This document shows, piece after piece, positions 54,782-64,000 of a stretch of 64,000 nt of DNA (its first letter is position 1; each line of letters opens with the position of its first letter). The translations under genes and the position numbers were made by a program. The stretch lies in the IMG/VR virus record IMGVR_UViG_2908567220_000002, positions 32,001 through 96,000 of that record; one strand, written 5' to 3'. Source of the stretch: a virus (taxonomy: Duplodnaviria; Heunggongvirae; Uroviricota; Caudoviricetes). Below the pieces are notes generated by a model. The model saw nothing but the letters and a program-made list of their open reading frames with translations, searched no databases and was not told where the DNA came from.

Positions 54782-54945
54782 GCCGTAGCCCCTTCTTGAT
54801 ATTTTTCAAACCAGAACACAACCGGCTCTGCTTCCAGTGATGCCAGCGCAATCCGTGCCAGTTCCATTTGTTCACCACGGGTAAGCCCGTTTTCAAGCGG
54901 GTTTTTAATGAACAATTCAATACGTTCTTTGGTAATAGTGGTCAT
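54778..54945 (-). CDS. small hypothetical protein (55 aa)
   Basis: manually translated [34 protein letters not shown]...; GGAG RBS; below track cutoff. Confidence 0.4.
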   Translation of the reverse strand: MTTITKERIELFIKNPLENGLTRGEQMELARIALASLEAEPVVFWFEKYQEGATA

Positions 54946-54955
54946 GTGTTACTCC

Positions 54956-55219
54956 TTAACCCGCAGTGCTTTCAACTGATGAGGGGAACAAAATCTTTTC
55001 ATCAAACCCTGCATTCATATCATGAACAGCAACACACCAATCCATCGACGAACGATTATCAAGAGCCTCCATGATTTCATCCATGCGGCGTAGGTCATAC
55101 AGGTAAATGCTTTTATCGCCAATGGTGTAAAAGCCAATTTTTTTCGGTGATGGACAGCGATCAAGAACTTCCTGTAATTCGTTCAACCATGCCCGTTCTT
55201 TTTTTGTCAAAGTTGCCAT
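54956..55219 (-). CDS. hypothetical protein
   Basis: probable start MATLTKKERAWLNELQ within track ORF 54956..55309. Confidence 0.45.
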   Translation of the reverse strand: MATLTKKERAWLNELQEVLDRCPSPKKIGFYTIGDKSIYLYDLRRMDEIMEALDNRSSMDWCVAVHDMNAGFDEKILFPSSVESTAG

Positions 55220-55220
55220 A

Positions 55221-55439
55221 TCAGTTTTCCTTATACGGATTAATTTTATTGTGCAGTGTGTTGAACGACGCCCATACAACGTCGGTATACAATTCAGTAA
55301 CTGGCTCAATTATTTTCCCGATTGCCCAGACAAAAATTAGAGGGGATATCGGTATCATCAATACGATAAACAGAATGAGAAACAAAAATTCTGTCGCTCT
55401 ACTTTTTTGCGGATATTCTTTTCTGAATAATGTAGTCAT
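55221..55439 (-). CDS. small putative membrane protein
   Basis: 72 aa with hydrophobic segment FLFLILFIVLMIPISPLIFVWAIG. Confidence 0.4.
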   Translation of the reverse strand: MTTLFRKEYPQKSRATEFLFLILFIVLMIPISPLIFVWAIGKIIEPVTELYTDVVWASFNTLHNKINPYKEN

Positions 55440-55471
55440 TTCTTACCGCCCTTTCGGGCGGCCTCCCGACA

Positions 55472-55684
55472 TTAATCGTTGTGGTAACTCATGGCTTCAT
55501 TTGCAGCATCAACCGGATCAACTTCCCACCAGCAATAATTTGGTGCGTTTCCTTCAGGTGTCCACGGTTCTAATTCATTTTTTGCCACATTCTCGTCGCC
55601 AGTAATTTTAAAAATCTGTTCAGAGAATTTTTTCACCCACTCGTTATATTTTTCAGTGTTAATAATTTTCTGTGTATTTGACAT
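55472..55684 (-). CDS. hypothetical protein
   Basis: 70 aa ORF in early operon. Confidence 0.4.
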   Translation of the reverse strand: MSNTQKIINTEKYNEWVKKFSEQIFKITGDENVAKNELEPWTPEGNAPNYCWWEVDPVDAANEAMSYHND

Positions 55685-55795
55685 AGATATACCTCCAGTT
55701 AAGGATTAAATTTTATTTACAGTGCTGAACTTAATTATTCAGATTTGGATTATGCTTTCTCTTTCTCTTCACGAAGTTCCGATTGTTAATTTGGC

Positions 55796-56218
55796 TCACA
55801 ACAGCACCTTCTGAAAATTCCCCTGATAGAAAGCCAGTACACGCTGCATAGCTTCACTCTTCCGGCACTCGAGACAGATTATGTTCAGACGCCTGTCGTA
55901 GCGGCGTATTTCGCCATCTGGTAATGACCAGATAAGGTCCGGATCAACCGCAGATGGTTTCTTCAGCTTTGCCCTTGAGAGTATTTTGCGTGCATTTTGC
56001 CAGTCTTTACGAGCCTGTTCAGACGGGAATAACCCGTAACCAGAGTTGTATACATCACCACTGGCAACCAGCTCTCTGGCCAGAAGGCTCATCAGATATC
56101 TTGTTGCCCCAGTTTTAGTTTCCAGTTGTCGTAACGTCTCGCGCCCACTCTGGCGTACGAGTTCAACAACCTGCCCTTTAATTTTTTCCCGCTCTTCTTG
56201 TGTAAATACTTTTGCCAT
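55796..56218 (-). CDS. conserved hypothetical phage protein (paralog of 8385..8807)
   Basis: starts MAKVFTQEEREKIKGQVVELVRQ, about 85 percent identical to prophage A copy. Confidence 0.5.
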   Translation of the reverse strand: MAKVFTQEEREKIKGQVVELVRQSGRETLRQLETKTGATRYLMSLLARELVASGDVYNSGYGLFPSEQARKDWQNARKILSRAKLKKPSAVDPDLIWSLPDGEIRRYDRRLNIICLECRKSEAMQRVLAFYQGNFQKVLL

Positions 56219-56233
56219 AAGCGCCTCCGGCAA

Positions 56234-57004
56234 TCACTTTTCCGATACAACACGGCGGGAAGAATCAGTAATCTGTCGAACAATATCCCGGTGCTTGTTC
56301 AGCTCCCGCAGCGCGGCGCAGACTCGCTCCCACTTCTGAACATCACTTTTCGCCCTGCGCAGCGCCAGGTTTGCCCTGCGAAGGGACGGAAAAATCAGCT
56401 CATCTGCTTGCGTTTCGGTAAACGATGGCAACGGCTGCACAATGTCCGCCACAGTTTCTGTTTTAATTTCTTCCTGTGTTGCGGCTTCCCGGACTGGTAA
56501 CGCAGCACCTGCTGGCTGAGGAAAGGCCTTACCATCACTTTCCGTTACCAGCGCGGCTTTCGGCTCTGCTGGTAAATTATCGCCCGGCATGCAGTAACGA
56601 AATTTACCGTTCTGATTAACGCGTGCCAGCCGCCCCGTTGCGGTTACCACCGCCAGCGTGGAAGCAACCTTGCGAGTACTGACACCGAACTTACCCGCCA
56701 GTTCCTCACACGTTTTAGCCCCATCCTGACCGATAAACTCAATCATCATGTCTGCGGTAACTTTTTGTTCGACCTCCCCGGTCAGCATATCCTGTGCTTC
56801 AGATTTTACTGGCCGCTCTTCGGTTACCCGGGATTCACCTTCGCCAGCCAGAAACCAGGTGTGACCAGTTTTATCAACGACGCCTTTTCTTTTGAGTTCC
56901 CACAGCTCGTTGACAGCCTCTTCACGACTGATTCCAAGGCGAGCTGCCACCACATGTGAAGAGGCTTTTTTCAGTGCTTTCAGTGCGTCAGATACGGTTT
57001 CCAT
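56234..57004 (-). CDS. hypothetical protein with N-terminal winged-helix-like region
   Basis: 256 aa between DnaC-like gene and 140 aa gene. Confidence 0.45.
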   Translation of the reverse strand: METVSDALKALKKASSHVVAARLGISREEAVNELWELKRKGVVDKTGHTWFLAGEGESRVTEERPVKSEAQDMLTGEVEQKVTADMMIEFIGQDGAKTCEELAGKFGVSTRKVASTLAVVTATGRLARVNQNGKFRYCMPGDNLPAEPKAALVTESDGKAFPQPAGAALPVREAATQEEIKTETVADIVQPLPSFTETQADELIFPSLRRANLALRRAKSDVQKWERVCAALRELNKHRDIVRQITDSSRRVVSEK

Positions 57005-57025
57005 TAAAATTTCCTCCGGACAAAA

Positions 57026-57772
57026 TTACTTCACAACCCTCATATTGCTGACATTTGGACGCCAGCTATCCCAGTTAAACGTCACCCATCGACCACCGTT
57101 CATGGTCATGCGGTCCATAATCCTCTCACCAAGAAGCGTACTCATTGCGGCATGATTCAGGTTTGTTAACATCCCGACACTGCACAGTGATGCTGTCCGG
57201 CGATCAATTATCTGGTGCAATACCACCTGCTCGTTTTTCGTCTCCCGCTGAACGCCTATTTCATCCAGGACCAGCAAATCAACCCCGCAAAGCTCCTGTA
57301 AAAATTTTTCCCCGGATTTGCCGTTGTCGTAGCTGTCATGCAACACGCTCATGACGTCAGACACGGTGACGATAATCACGCTGCGCCCCTTCACCATCAG
57401 CCGGTTGCCCATCGCCGCTGCAAGGTGATTTTTCCCGGTGCCGGTTTTACCGCTGAACACAAAATTCGTGCACCCGGTCATCAGTTCGTCAGCTATGGAT
57501 TTGGCCTGGCTCAGCGCGTATTTTTGCCCGTCGTTCTGCACCTGATAATTTGCAAACGAGCATTTGCTGTGCAGAGGCTGGATGCCCGAACGATTCAGGA
57601 TTTTTTCCACCCGCAACTGGCGATTCTGGCGGTTAATCTCCTCGCTGCGTTTTCGTCCTTCAGCAAGTTGCCATTCCCGCCACTCCTCCACCGTCCGGTA
57701 CGGTGGAACCGACCCCTGTGGTGCAAGTCTGCGAATACGTTCAAGAACCCCAACTGCCGCAATGTTTTTCAT
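57026..57772 (-). CDS. DnaC-like replicative helicase loader (IstB-like ATPase)
   Basis: 248 aa; Walker A GKTGTGKNHLAAA, Walker B LLVLDEIG. Confidence 0.85.
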   Translation of the reverse strand: MKNIAAVGVLERIRRLAPQGSVPPYRTVEEWREWQLAEGRKRSEEINRQNRQLRVEKILNRSGIQPLHSKCSFANYQVQNDGQKYALSQAKSIADELMTGCTNFVFSGKTGTGKNHLAAAMGNRLMVKGRSVIIVTVSDVMSVLHDSYDNGKSGEKFLQELCGVDLLVLDEIGVQRETKNEQVVLHQIIDRRTASLCSVGMLTNLNHAAMSTLLGERIMDRMTMNGGRWVTFNWDSWRPNVSNMRVVK

Positions 57773-57778
57773 GACACG

Positions 57779-58756
57779 TCACCCCCTGAATCCCGGCGGT
57801 ATTTCAGTGTCCGGTTCAGAAATGTGATTCACGCAACGCTGCGCAGGCGAACGCCCCAGGCGGATAACCAGTTCATCCCATTTTTCCCGGAGTTTTGCCG
57901 GACTCATGATGTTTTTTACCCAGAACGAATCCCGCTGGAGACGCCCAAACATTTCACAAATTTGTCTGTGAGTTCTGCCATCCAGCATCCGCATTGTGCG
58001 AACGTCATTGGCCCATGCTGTCCAGTTGGGTTCTTTCGGTCTAGTGATCTCGCCATCATAGCTGGCCGCCTGCTCGTAAAGACTCACGATTCGTCCCCAG
58101 ATCCACTGTGCGCACACCAAATCTTCCTGACTTCCCCACTGGCGTTTTTTCGCACTGAACACAACCGCGTCAGGGTGTCGGGTTAAAAAATCCTGTTCAG
58201 CCGTCTGCGGGTCCGGTTGCGAAGCGTCCGGACAAGAAGATCTTTTATCTGACGGATCAGGTTTTAATACTGACGGATCGGGGTCAATCATCGCCCCCCT
58301 AATCGGCAGTTTTTTATCAACAGTTGATCCATCAAAATTTGACGGGTCAACCGTTGAGGGGTCAATATTTGACGGGTCAACTGTTAACGGGTCATTTTTT
58401 GCCGGGCTAATTTTTCTTTTCGGTTTATATGACTCACGCGCCGCCGCCGCAGCTGCTTCGAGTTTTTCCACATTAAGCCGATAGATATTGCTTACATTAC
58501 GCCCACCGACCTTACGCTCTTCCTTCGTCAGCCAGCCCTCTTTCGCCAGTTCTGCAATAGCCGATTTCACTGTGGATTCACTTCTTGCACCGATCTGACG
58601 CCGGATAGTTTCAATGGCAGGCCATGACACGCCCTCGTCATTGCTGTAGTCTGCAAGACGGGCCATAACCGCCACCCTGGATAAGATCATGCCGGTGAAG
58701 GCGCACCCTTCCCAGACAAGACCATGAAGCTTGCTGCTCATAAAACCCCCGAACAC
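57779..58756 (-). CDS. replication initiation protein O-like
   Basis: 325 aa; N-terminal wHTH; Pro/Asp-rich linker; C-terminal region shared with prophage A replication protein. Confidence 0.65.
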   Translation of the reverse strand: MFGGFMSSKLHGLVWEGCAFTGMILSRVAVMARLADYSNDEGVSWPAIETIRRQIGARSESTVKSAIAELAKEGWLTKEERKVGGRNVSNIYRLNVEKLEAAAAAARESYKPKRKISPAKNDPLTVDPSNIDPSTVDPSNFDGSTVDKKLPIRGAMIDPDPSVLKPDPSDKRSSCPDASQPDPQTAEQDFLTRHPDAVVFSAKKRQWGSQEDLVCAQWIWGRIVSLYEQAASYDGEITRPKEPNWTAWANDVRTMRMLDGRTHRQICEMFGRLQRDSFWVKNIMSPAKLREKWDELVIRLGRSPAQRCVNHISEPDTEIPPGFRG

Positions 58757-58763
58757 CGTGCTT

Positions 58764-59189
58764 TTAGTGCATCACCACAGCATTCCCTGCCGGGCCGCCG
58801 CGATTCATCTGGTCATACAAAACAACCGCTGACGCAACAAAATCATCGACATCCTTCACCAGCCGATCCCTCCGTTCGACGATCTCACGGTAATATTCAG
58901 AACTGTGGCTGCGCATACGGGCCACCAGCAAAGGCGGCATCGCCTTTTCGATCGCCGGTAACAGAGCCTGCATTTTTTCAACAGCATCAGGGGTGTCTTT
59001 CTCTACCCAGCGGAAAATTTTCTGGGTATTGCGAGCCAGGGCTTCCGGATGGCTGTCGTCATACAGTTCTGGGAACGTCATACCCAACTCAAAATAAGCC
59101 TGGGTTATTCCAGCTGCTGGAACTTTTTCGCCATCAGGACGCGCCCAGGCATTCATCGCCATGCGGATGTGTTCATGCTTGATTTTCAT
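58764..59189 (-). CDS. YdaT-like (CII-position) regulatory protein (copy 2)
   Basis: 141 aa, about 85 percent identical to 9990..10415. Confidence 0.55.
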   Translation of the reverse strand: MKIKHEHIRMAMNAWARPDGEKVPAAGITQAYFELGMTFPELYDDSHPEALARNTQKIFRWVEKDTPDAVEKMQALLPAIEKAMPPLLVARMRSHSSEYYREIVERRDRLVKDVDDFVASAVVLYDQMNRGGPAGNAVVMH

Positions 59190-59454
59190 GAATCAAGCTC
59201 CTAGAAAGTGGTTGTGTTAACGTTTTGGTATCTTCCAGCTCGGGCCAAATATTCATCCAATCAAAAGGCCTTAGTTGCTGACGTGTAACTTCACCATTAC
59301 TGGCTCGCTCAATAAGGACACATAACGATGCCCCTAACACTTGACCTTTACTCAATGCCTTTCTTAGATAACCGATGCTGGTACCACACTCGCATGCAAA
59401 CATACGCTGTTCATCTGACGAAAGAGAATTGAGAAATATTCTTAATTCTTCCAT
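59173..59454 (-). CDS. Cro-like HTH regulator
   Basis: 93 aa; HTH-like CGTSIGYLRKALSKGQV; divergent from repressor. Confidence 0.5.
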   Translation of the reverse strand: MEELRIFLNSLSSDEQRMFACECGTSIGYLRKALSKGQVLGASLCVLIERASNGEVTRQQLRPFDWMNIWPELEDTKTLTQPLSRSLIHENQA

Positions 59455-59483
59455 AGCTACTCCTTAGTAAACACAGCAAAGAA

Positions 59484-59519
59484 TACCCACAGGTAAACAA
59501 AAGTCAATACCCACAGGTT
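59484..59519. promoter_or_regulatory. putative right operators (TACCCACAGGT repeats)
   Basis: TACCCACAGGTA at 59484 and TACCCACAGGTT at 59508 between divergent cro-like and repressor genes. Confidence 0.35.
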
Positions 59520-59554
59520 GTTTACCTTGCGGTAATCGCATCTATTATTTACCT

Positions 59555-59974
59555 ATGGACAAATATGAATTTAGACGACAGCAACTCATCAAAATTCGTG
59601 ATGAGAAATGCGATGGTAAAGCGGTTAACGTGGCCAGAAAGATCGGGCGCGAGCCTTCTTATGTATCAAGAATGTTGTACCCAGAGGGGAAAAAGGGAAA
59701 AAAACGGATCGCTGATGATATGGTGGAGATTATCGAAGAGTCCTTTGGGTTACCCCGGGGATGGATGGATGGTATCGTTTCATCATCAACGAACACAGCC
59801 TCCAGTTATGAAACAAGGGTTCTAACGCCACGACAACGTATTTTTTTAGATCTCTTAGACGAACTGCCAGAAAGTGAAGCGGATAAATTATTAAAAACTC
59901 TTGAAGAGAAAAAACAGTATTACAATATGATCTACGAAGAAATCCGTAAAAAGAAAGCACAAAACGCATCATAG
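59555..59974 (+). CDS. CI-like prophage repressor (different specificity from prophage A)
   Basis: 139 aa; N-terminal DNA-binding region differs from prophage A repressor, C-terminal region conserved. Confidence 0.7.
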   Translation: MDKYEFRRQQLIKIRDEKCDGKAVNVARKIGREPSYVSRMLYPEGKKGKKRIADDMVEIIEESFGLPRGWMDGIVSSSTNTASSYETRVLTPRQRIFLDLLDELPESEADKLLKTLEEKKQYYNMIYEEIRKKKAQNAS

Positions 59975-60016
59975 CTCACCAAACAACTAGTCACCAGTTA
60001 AGACACCGCAAAAATT

Positions 60017-60053
60017 TACCCATGGGTATTTACTTTTTAAATACCTATGGGTA
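60017..60053. promoter_or_regulatory. putative left operators (TACCCATGGGTA-like palindromes)
   Basis: TACCCATGGGTA at 60017 and TACCTATGGGTA at 60042 downstream of repressor. Confidence 0.3.
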
Positions 60054-60239
60054 TCCTTCTTTTCATACCAACCCACCCCGCCCCACAGAATGCAGGGCAA
60101 TACTTCGAGTTACCAGGCAGTGGTCAGGGGTTAAGTAGCCAGCCCGAGGCGTAAGAACATGACGGCAGGGTTCAACTTTAATAACTATGCAGCAGGTTTT
60201 TGTTCCGCTACCCCGGCGTTAAGGGGAAATGAGGTCAGC

Positions 60240-60392
60240 ATGGATACTATCGATCTTGGCAACAGCGAATCTCTGGTATGTGGCGTGTTCCCCAACCAGG
60301 ACGGTACGTTCACCGCGATGACGTATACCAGAAGCAAAACGTTTAAAACTGAAGCTGGCGCGCGTCGCTGGTTAACCAGAAACACTGACTGA
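60240..60392 (+). CDS. YdfA/YdaF-like small protein (DUF1391-like)
   Basis: 50 aa MDTIDLGNSESLVCGVFPNQDGTF... paralog of 11460..11615. Confidence 0.55.
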   Translation: MDTIDLGNSESLVCGVFPNQDGTFTAMTYTRSKTFKTEAGARRWLTRNTD

Positions 60393-60403
60393 TGAGGTTG
60401 ACG

Positions 60404-60724
60404 ATGGAATTTAAAGATTTACCAGTACCATTCCAGGAAATGGCATCGAATGTGGTTCGCTCTCAACTGGCGACTCTTGACCTGAGTACCGTAGAAAAAG
60501 AAACCATCGACAATATATCCGGTAACGTACGCCGAGCCTTTATCGGGCTGTACGAAGAGAAGCAGCTCTCTGATAACCAGGATTTACATGAAAAATACTT
60601 CCTGGATCTAATGGACATCATTGATAAGGGGTTTGGCTTGTTAATGAAAAAGAAAGGGATTCGAATAGAACCCCTTGAAAATTACTTTGCAACAAAAAGC
60701 ATTAATTCTTTTGATTCAAAATAA
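60404..60724 (+). CDS. hypothetical protein
   Basis: probable start MEFKDLPVPFQ with GAGG RBS within track ORF 60392..60724. Confidence 0.4.
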   Translation: MEFKDLPVPFQEMASNVVRSQLATLDLSTVEKETIDNISGNVRRAFIGLYEEKQLSDNQDLHEKYFLDLMDIIDKGFGLLMKKKGIRIEPLENYFATKSINSFDSK

Positions 60725-60977
60725 GAGAATTAATTACAGACTTAACATGCTCTTTCTCATGATTGAAGCTCTCATGATTGAAAGTGCCGGGTTGAAGCGA
60801 GTCGATATAATCAACAAGACTCTGTCGTACGACTTCATTTTTATCCATAACAGATGCAAGAAATGAAATTGCTAAAAGAGTTATATCACTACGCGCCGCA
60901 GCATGTTGCAATGCTTTATCAAAATTATTAATCTGGCGTATCAGGGAGTTAATGATTTCATCATTTTCAGTCGACAT
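60702..60977 (-). CDS. hypothetical protein
   Basis: probable start MSTENDEIINSL with AGGAGG RBS within track ORF 60702..61190. Confidence 0.45.
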   Translation of the reverse strand: MSTENDEIINSLIRQINNFDKALQHAAARSDITLLAISFLASVMDKNEVVRQSLVDYIDSLQPGTFNHESFNHEKEHVKSVINSLILNQKN

Positions 60978-60989
60978 TTCACCCTCCTG

Positions 60990-61310
60990 AGGGTTGGTGA
61001 TTAAGGAGTTCTCCACGGGTGAGGTGGAGTGCGTGCGCCGGACACGGGTGAGCATCCGGCACTGACAGTTTACTGAAAGGATATTTCCCTGAAAAGTCAG
61101 ACCATAACGCGAAAGCGCACGGCGAGGTAGCTGGTTCATAGATAGCCTGTCGTTAAATTTTCGTCGACCGTGCGCTTCCGGTTGTGGCAATCCGCGAAAT
61201 GGCGCGGCGGTAAGTATGGCGGGGTTATTCCTTCCCCCGTTGAGGACACCGGGTTGTCAGGTTGACCATACGCTTAAGTGACAACCCCGCTGCAACGCCC
61301 TCTGTTATCA
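60990..61310. other. conserved structured non-coding region (copy 2), upstream of dicF
   Basis: homologous to 12075..12330; conserved flanks with a variable centre. Confidence 0.35.
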
Positions 61311-61312
61311 AT

Positions 61313-61365
61313 TTTCTGGTGACGTTTGGCGGTATCAGTTTTACTCCGTGACTGCTCTGCCGCCC
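61313..61365 (+). ncRNA. dicF: DicF small regulatory RNA
   Basis: TTTCTGGTGACGTTTGGCGGTATCAGTTTTACTCCGTGACTGCTCTGCCGCCC followed by T-run, matches remembered Qin DicF; just upstream of dicB. Confidence 0.7.
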
Positions 61366-61539
61366 TTTTTAAAGTGAATTTTGTAATGTGGTGAATGCGG
61401 CTGAGCGCACGCGGAACAGTTAAAACCAAAAACAGTGTTATGGGTGGATTCTCTGTATCCGGCGTTAATTGTTAACTGGTTAACGTCACCTGGAGGCACC
61501 AGGCACCGCATCACAAAATTCATTGTTGAGGACGCGATA

Positions 61540-61728
61540 ATGGAAACGTTATTACCAAACGTTAATACGTCTGAAGGTTGTTTTGAAATTGGTGTCAATA
61601 TCAGTAACCCTGTATTTACTGAAGATGCCATTAACAAGAGAAAACACGAACGGGAGCTATTAAATAAAATATGCATTCTTTCAATGCTGGCCCGTTTACG
61701 TCCGATACAAAAAGGATGCTGGCAATGA
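61540..61728 (+). CDS. dicB: cell division inhibitor DicB
   Basis: 62 aa METLLPNVNTSEGCFEIGVNISNPVFTEDAINKRKHERELLNKICILSMLARL...; internal start of track ORF 61435..61728. Confidence 0.8.
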   Translation: METLLPNVNTSEGCFEIGVNISNPVFTEDAINKRKHERELLNKICILSMLARLRPIQKGCWQ

Positions 61729-61916
61729 ATACAGCATTTGCACTTGTTCTGACAGTTTTTCTTGTTTCCGGAGAGCCAGTTGATATTGCAGTCAGTGTTC
61801 ACAGGACAATGCAGGAGTGTGTGACTGCAGCAACCGAACAGAAAATTCCCGGTAACTGTTACCCGGTCGATAAAGTTATTCACCAGGATAATAACGAAAT
61901 CCCGGCAGGTCTTTAA
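61725..61916 (+). CDS. ydfD: YdfD-like small membrane protein
   Basis: 63 aa MNTAFALVLTVFLVSGEPVDIAVSVHRTMQEC...; start overlaps dicB stop (ATGA). Confidence 0.7.
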   Translation: MNTAFALVLTVFLVSGEPVDIAVSVHRTMQECVTAATEQKIPGNCYPVDKVIHQDNNEIPAGL

Positions 61917-62008
61917 AACAGTTCCGTAATAAATATCCGGTTTCATTCTTATATGCCAGCAATGGCAGGGATTTGTTCACCCTTAAATCTGTAATGAGGT
62001 AAAACAAA

Positions 62009-64000
62009 ATGAGTAAAGTCTTTATTTGCGCCGCCATTCCGGACGAACAGGCAATAAAGGAAGAAGGTGCCGTCGCTGTAGCCACTGCCATTGAAGCCGG
62101 TGATGAACGTCGCGCCCGCGCAAAATTTCACTGGCAATTCCTGGAGCATTATCCGGCTGCTCAGGACTGCGCTTATAAATTTCTTGTCTGCGAGGATAAA
62201 CCCGGTATACCCCGCCCTGCCCTCGATTCCTGGGATGCTGAATATATGCAGGAAAACCGCTGGGATGAGGAGTCTGCTTCCTTTGTCCCGGTTGAGACTG
62301 AATCCGATCCGATGAACGTCACTTTTGACAAGCTGGCCCCTGAAGTACAGAACGCTGTCATGGTTAAGTTCGACACATGTGAAAACATCACCGTTGATAT
62401 GGTTATTAGCGCACAGGAATTGTTGCAGGAAGACATGGCAACATTCGACGGACATATCGTTGAGGCATTGATGAAAATGCCAGAAGTTAACGCCATGTAT
62501 CCGGAGCTTAAGCTGCATGCCATCGGGTGGGTTAAGCATAAATGTAAGCCTGGTGCCAAATGGCCCGAAATTCAGGCAGAGATGCGCATCTGGAAAAAAC
62601 GTCGCGAAGGTGAACGCAAGGAAACCGGAAAATACACGTCTGTTGTTGATCTCGCCCGCGCCAGAACCAATCAACAGCACAGTGAAAATTCAACAGGAAA
62701 AATCAGCCCGGTCATTGCTGCCATTCATCGCGAATACAAGCAGACATGGAAAACACTGGATGACGAACTGGCCTACGCTCTCTGGCCTGGTGATGTGGAT
62801 GCCGGAAACATTGACGGCAGCATCCATCGCTGGGCAAAAAATGAAGTTATCGACAACGACCGCGAAGACTGGAAGCGTATCTCGGCATCAATGCGCAAAC
62901 AGCCTGATGCCCTTCGCTACGACCGCCAGACTATTTTTGGCCTTGTCCGTGAACGTCCGATCGACATTCACAAAGACCCTGTGGCACTGAACAAATACAT
63001 TACTGAATACCTGACTACAAAGGGCGTGTTTGAAGATGAAGGAAGAAATCAGAGCGCAACTGATACTCTCTCGTCGCCAGTACCAGAAACTGATGCAGTG
63101 GAAACGGCAATTCCGGGCAACGAAAAAACCGAATGCAAAGTGGAAGTCGAACCATCTGTAGAGCGTGAGGGGCCGTTCTACTTCCTCTTCACCGACAAGG
63201 ATGGCGAAAAATACGGTCGCGCAAACAAACTTTCTGGTCTGGAAAAAGCACTAGCCTTGGGAGCTACGGAAATCACAAAAGAGGAATACTTCGCACGTAA
63301 AAACGGCACGTACTCAGGTTCACAACAAAATACTGGTGCATCTGACACGACCGCACAACCAGAGCCGGTAAAAGTTACCGCTGACGAAGTAAACAAAATT
63401 ATGCAGGCAGCCAATATCAGCCAGCCTGACGCCGATAAGTTGCTTGCTGCCTCTCGCGGAGAATTTGTTGCAGGGATTAGCGACCCGAATGATCCGAAAT
63501 GGGTAAAGGGGATTGAAACCCGCGATTCTGTAAACCAGAACCAGCAAGAATCGGAACAGAACGACCAGAAAGCGGAACAAAACAGCCCAAATACGCAACA
63601 AAACGAGCCAGAAACGAAACAACCTGAGCCAGTAGCGCAACAGGAACCGGAAAAAGTCTGCACCGCCTGCGGTCAAAGCGGTGGCGGCAACTGCCCTGAT
63701 TGTGGCGCGGTGATGGGTGACGCAACATACCAGGAAACATTCGATGAAGAGAATCAGGTTGAAGTTCAGGAAAATGATCCGAAGGAAATGGAAGGCGCTG
63801 AACATCCACACAAGGAGAATGCTGGTAGCGCTCAGGATCACGCCAGCGATAGTGAAACTGGCGAGACGGCAGATCCCTTAATTACGATGAACGGTCATCA
63901 CGTTATCACATCCACCAGCAGAATGTGTCACCATCTGATGATCGACCTTGAAACAATGGGAAAAAATCCTGATTCCCCGATTATCTCAATAGGTGCAATA
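62009..64000 (+). CDS. phage exonuclease (copy 2), 3-prime partial at window edge
   Basis: open frame from ATG 62009 to window end, not in ORF track; C-terminal portion matches 14288..16726 including LLAASRGEF...[10 protein letters not shown] and [24 protein letters not shown]. Confidence 0.65.
   Translation, partial: MSKVFICAAIPDEQAIKEEGAVAVATAIEAGDERRARAKFHWQFLEHYPAAQDCAYKFLVCEDKPGIPRPALDSWDAEYMQENRWDEESASFVPVETESDPMNVTFDKLAPEVQNAVMVKFDTCENITVDMVISAQELLQEDMATFDGHIVEALMKMPEVNAMYPELKLHAIGWVKHKCKPGAKWPEIQAEMRIWKKRREGERKETGKYTSVVDLARARTNQQHSENSTGKISPVIAAIHREYKQTWKTLDDELAYALWPGDVDAGNIDGSIHRWAKNEVIDNDREDWKRISASMRKQPDALRYDRQTIFGLVRERPIDIHKDPVALNKYITEYLTTKGVFEDEGRNQSATDTLSSPVPETDAVETAIPGNEKTECKVEVEPSVEREGPFYFLFTDKDGEKYGRANKLSGLEKALALGATEITKEEYFARKNGTYSGSQQNTGASDTTAQPEPVKVTADEVNKIMQAANISQPDADKLLAASRGEFVAGISDPNDPKWVKGIETRDSVNQNQQESEQNDQKAEQNSPNTQQNEPETKQPEPVAQQEPEKVCTACGQSGGGNCPDCGAVMGDATYQETFDEENQVEVQENDPKEMEGAEHPHKENAGSAQDHASDSETGETADPLITMNGHHVITSTSRMCHHLMIDLETMGKNPDSPIISIGAI

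Noticed and set aside
54729-54920. 63 aa minus-strand track ORF
   Set aside because: Alternate frame of the region; a 55 aa ORF at 54778..54945 has a GGAG RBS and ATGA coupling to the downstream gene and is preferred.
61341-62680. Minus-strand ORFs 61341..61946 (201 aa) and 61949..62680 (243 aa)
   Set aside because: Overlap dicF, dicB, ydfD and the exonuclease N-terminus on the opposite strand; Cys-rich, no RBS support.
63178-63841. Minus-strand ORFs antisense to the partial exonuclease gene
   Set aside because: Shadow ORFs of the low-complexity linker region; the plus-strand frame is conserved with prophage A.

Overview
The window holds two lambdoid (Qin/Rac-like) prophages in tandem, most likely in Escherichia coli or a close relative; no BLAST or HMM search was run, so all calls rest on motifs, remembered families and synteny. 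Prophage A (1 to about 18310) reads mainly on the minus strand: an AbiL-like ATPase/RloB pair, Q-like antiterminator, RusA, DUF968, Rem-like protein, hok toxin, ea22-like protein, small methyltransferase, replication protein, YdaT-like and Cro-like proteins, then a divergent CI-like repressor, Rha-like protein, a DEDDh exonuclease, xis and int. It ends at a 3-prime fragment of ompW (18201..18312) that looks like the attachment core. Prophage B (about 18313 to the window end) carries a complete lambda-like late region on the minus strand (cos with the exact GGGCGGCGACCT end, Nu1, A, W, B, C, D, E, FI, FII, Z, U, V, G/GT, H, M, L, K, I, J, lom, side tail fibre), a phage-21-like lysis cassette, a DNA methyltransferase, Q-like protein, RusA, DUF968, Rem-like, hok, DnaC-like and O-like replication genes, and an immunity region with dicF, dicB and ydfD. 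Accessory cargo that differs between the two prophages is the most interesting content: a Ser/Thr kinase plus PP2C phosphatase pair (A), an HTH-ImmA/IrrE fusion with a 216 aa partner (B), a beta-protein-like plus PD-(D/E)xK-like convergent pair between Rz and cos (B), and a SAM methyltransferase flanked by duplicated tfa 3-prime ends (B). I saw no CRISPR array, rRNA or Shiga toxin genes; tRNAs were not searched systematically.
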